A stretch of DNA of 53,484 bases, the filler included, from Basidiobolus ranarum (Eukaryota), in the NCBI GenBank assembly GCA_040143965.1. It is 4 parts of 4 records of this genome, joined end to end, with 100 filler letters (N's around TTAATTAATTAA, not from the genome) between each part and the next. Parts side by side here need not be neighbours in the genome. Positions count along the whole stretch, not along the records: positions 40,236 to 53,484 come from JASJQH010000494.1; 3 more parts are not named here. One strand, 5' to 3'. The notes beneath the pieces are model-generated. The model did no database searches and was not told the DNA's origin. It worked only from the letters and a program-made list of their open reading frames with translations. Made by a program: the position numbers and the translations under genes. The number at the start of each line of letters is the position of its first letter. Position 1 is the first letter of the stretch. This document shows positions 48,179 through 53,484 of this stretch, in pieces.

Positions 48179-49730
48179 GTTGAGGAGGGCAACAAACGAA
48201 TATTGAACGTTTGATCAAATAAGTTGAACCTTGTACAAGAATTAAGAAAAGAAATTGAATGGGGAAGAACTAGCTTTTCTGAGGTTGCGCAAGAATTTGT
48301 AGCATATTTATATTCAATGCCTACCATATCTTACTATTAATAAGACTTTCCTATTTTGGTATTGACGGCACCTCTTTACTCAATTTATTTATGATTATTG
48401 ACTAGAGTAGCTAATCAAGGGCCTCGCAAGTGAAACCCGCGCAGAGATGCTATTGGTATGTAGGAGTAATTTGATCCAGATATTTTTATGCTTGAATTGA
48501 ACAAGCAGTTGCAAACCAGTAATCGCAGCTAAATGAAGAAAAAGTGAGTGAGATGTGTTGAGTTGTATCTAAAGCTTTAAGGTAAAAGGATAAAAGTAAA
48601 AGGATCGCACTGAATCTTAAGACTTGTGGTAAAAAATATCTATGAGAAAACGCTGAGTGTCTCAGTAATGTGGGTAAAATCAACAGGTTCCGATCTCAAA
48701 TACGTGAAATACGTGGTCAGGGTTAAATAAACCGATTAGAACTGTTCTGCACTGTGTCACAGGTGGGAATATCCACTGACGATAGAGTTTAGAGTTTTGG
48801 CAATAGGCCATTTGGTACTATAGGCAATATAGATGCTTTACCAGTCATGAGACATCTGGAAATCCCGAATTTGGTAACTCTCTCAAACTTTGATCACACT
48901 GAGAATTTATATTATTACTCACTGTATTCAAATACTAAGCAATATAAATAAAGCCCAACCATGAATCATATATCGTTAGTCTAACCATTAAAAGTTTCCA
49001 CATCTAGCTCACGTGGCACCTATGATTATTTCCATATAAGTCATCTACTGAAGACTTGAGAGAAGTAGTTATCGAATAGTATGTGTATATACATATGCTT
49101 CTTCATTCAAAGTTTATACGCTTGGCAAAGTTTAAATTTAAAACTCGACGAATCAAGCATAATGAAGCTTAACATAACTCTAATTCGAATAAAGCTAATA
49201 TTTAATCGCACAGAACTCGGAGCAAGATATTCAAACCGGTGAATACAAGGCATAGCTCTAAAACAGCTTTGAAATTAATGAATTGAATGTAGTTTAGTAC
49301 AAATCGTAGCACTTGCACTTATACCCAACACTGGTGTCCAGCACTTGCGGTTTGAACTAGGACCCAAAAACCGGTTACCAGGCCGTACTAATCCAACCAA
49401 AAGCAAGTTTGGAATGAGCACACACGAGTGATGTTATTCATCAATTCACATGAGGTTTAGAAGAGAAGACCGATTAGGAAGATGTGTAAGTGTGAAGACC
49501 TATTAGGCTTTCTTATCCATTTTCATATATTTAATGGATCTGTGTGACCTCTAATGGTAGTTTACTCTACGAGCTGATTGAGTTATATTATATCAGCTAA
49601 CTTTGGTTTACCCTATCTACATAGTGCAAGGAAGTATAAAAGGCAGAATAATTTCAGTATTATACAACATTATCTATCTCTGCCAGTAACCTTCATCTTC
49701 TCTAATTCTTACTGGCCTTTACAAGCAGAA

Positions 49731-51296
49731 ATGACTAAATCAGAAATAGTCGCGTATGTACCCGGCGAGACATCTTGGTGGCGCAAACTTTTCGCAATTA
49801 AGACCATGGAGCAACTCCAAGGCGATATTCAAAACTCTGAGATGAAGCGTACCTTGAACTTCTTTGATTTGACTTCTATTGGTATCGGTGCCATTATTGG
49901 TACTGGTATCTTCGTGTTAACTGGTGTTGCTGCTGCTAAGAATGCTGGCCCTTCTATTGCTATATCTTTCATTGTTTCAGGCATTGCCGCTGGTACTGCT
50001 GCTCTATCATACTCTGAAATGGCCTGTATGATTCCTGTTGCTGGTTCTGCTTATACTTACACATATGCTACCATGGGTGAATTGGTTGGTTGGACTATCG
50101 GATGGGATTTGATTTTGGAATATTTGGTTGGCGCTGCTACCGTGTCTGTTGGTTGGTCTGCTTACTTTGTCGAGTTTATCCATAGTATTTCTGGTTACAA
50201 AATGAGTCCCAAATGGACTGATGCTCCTTTCAGATACTTGGATGAAGAATTTTCAACCACTGGAAACTACATTAACCTGCCCGCTGTTATTGTTTCTCTG
50301 GCCATTACCGCTCTTCTGTGCCTTGGTGTTCGTGAATCTGCTCGTGTTAACAGTGTTATGGTGTCTATTAAAGTTGTCGTTGTTCTTCTTACTATCTTCG
50401 CCTGCATCAAAAATATCAATCCTGACAATTATACACCCTTCTTCCCACCCAACGAAGGCAAATTTGAGAAATTTGGTGTTACTGGTATGCTTTCTGCCGC
50501 AACTACAGTTTTCTTCGCATATATTGGTTTCGATGCTATTTCTACTGCTGCTCAAGAAGCCAAAAATCCACAACGTGATTTGCCAATTGGTATCTGTGGC
50601 TCTTTAATCATCTGCACCGTTCTTTATATTGCAGTCTGCTTTATCTTGACCGGTGTTGTGCCTTACAAGGACTATGGTGGTACTGCTAAGCCAATTTCAG
50701 TTCTCATTGCTCGCACCGGTATGAACTGGTTGAACATTGTTGTCAGCTTGGGAATTATCGTTGGTTTGGCTTCGGTCATGTTGATTCTACTGATGGGTCA
50801 GCCCCGTATTTTCTACGCCATGGCTAAAGATGGTTTGTTTCCTGAAATTGCTGCCAAGGTACATCCCAGGTTTAAGACACCTTGGTTCACTACCATAGTT
50901 TCTGGTGTAGCATGTGCTGTACTTGGTGGTATTCTTCCAGTTGATGTATTAGGAGAAATGACCTCCGTGGGTACATTATTCGCATTCTTCCTAGTCAACA
51001 TTGGTGTGATTGTGCTTCGATTCAAGCGCCCAGATATTGAACGTAAATTTAAGGTACCACTCGGACCATTTGTTATCCCTCTCCTCGGTGCCGCTCTATC
51101 AGTTCTGTTGATTTGCACCGCATCCAAGTCTACTATTGCTCGTCTTTTCATTTGGATGGGTATCGGCTTAGTTATATATGCTGTTTATGGTCGCACGCAC
51201 TCTAAAATTAATAATCCTCACTTGGCTCGTTATGACGATGAGAAAGTGGCCACTCAAAACGAGCTCCGTGGTGGTGCAGTCTCACACTTACCCTAA
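49731..51296 (+). CDS. APC-superfamily amino acid permease, CAT/SLC7-like subfamily, copy 2, intronless
   Basis: Same motifs and collinear with copy 1. ATG at 49731 aligns with the paralog start. Confidence 0.95.
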   Translation: MTKSEIVAYVPGETSWWRKLFAIKTMEQLQGDIQNSEMKRTLNFFDLTSIGIGAIIGTGIFVLTGVAAAKNAGPSIAISFIVSGIAAGTAALSYSEMACMIPVAGSAYTYTYATMGELVGWTIGWDLILEYLVGAATVSVGWSAYFVEFIHSISGYKMSPKWTDAPFRYLDEEFSTTGNYINLPAVIVSLAITALLCLGVRESARVNSVMVSIKVVVVLLTIFACIKNINPDNYTPFFPPNEGKFEKFGVTGMLSAATTVFFAYIGFDAISTAAQEAKNPQRDLPIGICGSLIICTVLYIAVCFILTGVVPYKDYGGTAKPISVLIARTGMNWLNIVVSLGIIVGLASVMLILLMGQPRIFYAMAKDGLFPEIAAKVHPRFKTPWFTTIVSGVACAVLGGILPVDVLGEMTSVGTLFAFFLVNIGVIVLRFKRPDIERKFKVPLGPFVIPLLGAALSVLLICTASKSTIARLFIWMGIGLVIYAVYGRTHSKINNPHLARYDDEKVATQNELRGGAVSHLP

Positions 51297-52952
51297 TTCT
51301 TGTTAACATTTTTTTCCATTACTCATACTTAATCCCTTATTTCCAATTATGCTAACTCGACTCCTCACTTCCTCATCTTTCTTGTTGTAAATTTCGAAAG
51401 TTTGATTTGAAGGATTAATCAAAGCACAAACAATAAAGCGATACTGGTCAATTTTGAAATGAGAAGTTTCAATAATATTTTAATTTGAGTCTAGTTCGAA
51501 ATGGCTGGACATGAGGCTGATTTGTTGAAATAAAAATGGTGACTCGTGAACTAGTATTCTTTTGTACTAGGTATTATTACGTTAACGTTCTAATTGATCC
51601 ATGTCGTTTGATATTGATTTTCGAATTGCTATAGTTTCGTAAGTATGCATGTAGGTGGATTAAAGCTACTTCTAAGTAACTAATTCTTGGAGTGGAATCT
51701 TGATCACACCTTTATTTTGAAGTTACTTGCTCGCTGTTCTGTGAGCTGAACATTTTTAAAAGTTAGTATTATTTATTCAAGTATTTTTAGTCATGTTTTA
51801 AGCTTACCTCAGAAGCTGTATTACTTGAAATATAGCTGAGAACACTATGAGTATTATTTGTATCATCTTTTTCCACAAAATGATGTAAGAAATTTTGACT
51901 TTCATCATTGATCAATAATGCATCTTTCACACAACTAAATAGTGCCGCAAGTACAAGCCCTTGGGAAAACTTTGAGCATAATATAAGTTAGGGGCAGGTT
52001 AATAATTTGTATTATTACAAAAAAAATATCTCTTTATAGACAAAAATGATTTAACTTCACATATAATTACAAGGGTATTTTGTTGGTAGTATATTTTCAA
52101 ACCATATGTTGGACACTTTAACTTGAATCTTTCAAACGGCTGGTAAATCATACTAGTAATTCAAAGGAAGAAGGGCAATGAAGCCCTATCCTTGCTGTGC
52201 CTAGGCTATGTCTTAACCTGACAAATGTGACAATTCTGACTATTTTCTTGTCCACCAGCAGACTTTCCTTTTAACTATATATCATAGAAATGTCCAAGTA
52301 AGCTGTTTGAATAAACATTTGTCTTATCTTACCTAATTACCACTCCCCTCCATATGCAACAACATGCAATTTAAATGGACATGATTCCAATTACTTTCAC
52401 TTTCAAGCAAGTTTTGTCACTTTTGGGACTAATTGCTTACTGTGTCTACTTGAGGATATAACGCATCGAAATAATGGAGGACACAAATCTATCAGTATTT
52501 AACATATCTAATATCTGGTACTTTTTTAGTGTTACAACTCTCTATGGCCGTCAAGTATGAGTCCCCAGTATTTCTATTTTGTGCTAGGATGCTTTTCAAT
52601 GCTATTTTGTCACTATAATATGTAGATTCCTTGACTATCAGAACCTTTGCATAGTATTCTTTGCTATGTCCCCAAATGCCTCTTTTGTTTAGTATTTGAC
52701 TTTTTGTGCTTACTTAGAATTTCAGGATGAACTGATATTGCAATATTTGTATATAAGAAAATGAATTATTTCTGTACCTAATGCAATATCTCTCATACTA
52801 TATCATAAAGCCAACTAATGATCTTTGAGTGCCATCACTTATTCCCATGCCAGAAAAGAAATCACAATTTTATCCTTCCAACTAAGGAGTTAAAGCCATA
52901 TCTCAAGCATGATTCCTGATATTCTTTGCACTGGAAACATTCAAATCTTGAC

Positions 52953-53020
52953 TGTTGAAAGTAGCATTTTTGAAACACCTGTAAAGTCATTTATAGCTTA
53001 ATTTTTAGTTATCCTATATT
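52953..53020. mobile_element. LTR terminal fragment of the same family
   Basis: TGTTGAAAGTAGC...TTAGTTATCCTATATT is the diverged reverse complement of the end of 29310-29630. Confidence 0.6.
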
Positions 53021-53484
53021 TCATTAATAAATTGTCATGATTCTGATCTTGGCATGCTGATCCACTGCAAATATAATTCTTCTATTACTGGATTATGACA
53101 TCATATCTGCTGTGCCATCCCTTCTTGGCAACCTTGTGTTAGTTCATCCAGATTACCTTATATGGAAGTCATGTTTTTTGGAACATTCCATGAAACATAA
53201 CCAATCATGTCATCCCACACATAGTGTATTTCCACCAAGACCTTCCATGGAAGGTCACCTGATCATCCTTACATCATCCCTCTTTGTATTGGTCCTTGTA
53301 GTCCCCAACACCCTGACTCTTGAACTTGCCACAGTATATTCCCTATTCAGAATATTATGTTTCACCTTGCAATATCTATATAAGCCCCATGTATTCCTTG
53401 ATCAGACCTCAGTCTGATCAATGCCAGTTATCAATAAAGATTCTTACCAAAGTATCTTCCTTGTCCAGTCTTGTCTTGTCTTGT

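Overview
This is AT-rich eukaryotic DNA with short GT-AG introns, from an early-diverging (non-Dikarya) fungus. The gene content (Crh/Utr2 GH16, Ssu1-like transporter, Vps17, PRL phosphatase, ferritin remnant, many intronless bacterial-type genes) would fit a Zoopagomycota/Mucoromycota organism such as Basidiobolus; this is inference. The window is not continuous genome: it is four contigs (1-13339, 13440-26755, 26856-40135, 40236-53484) joined by identical artificial 100-bp N44-TTAATTAATTAA-N44 linkers. Contig 1 holds a Nem1-like phosphatase, a CBM18-GH16, nested solo LTRs, an intronless trio (Ssu1/SLAC1 transporter, a tail-anchored two-globin chimera, D-amino acid oxidase) and a Copia RT relic. 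Contig 2 holds a fasciclin protein with a ~270-aa Arg/Gly/Asp insert, a small Ser/Thr-rich protein, a Sel1-repeat protein, a ferritin pseudogene and a RECQL5-like helicase. Contig 3 holds a partial helical (possibly dynamin-like) ORF, NmrA-like, Vps17-like, PRL/PTP4A and TMEM14-like genes. Contig 4 holds two consecutive head-to-head paralog pairs: yellow/MRJP-like x2 (one with an in-frame TGA) and CAT-type APC permease x2. The best candidates for new biology are the truncated-Hb/protoglobin chimera with its Ssu1 neighbour, the IDR-split fasciclin and the fungal RECQL5.
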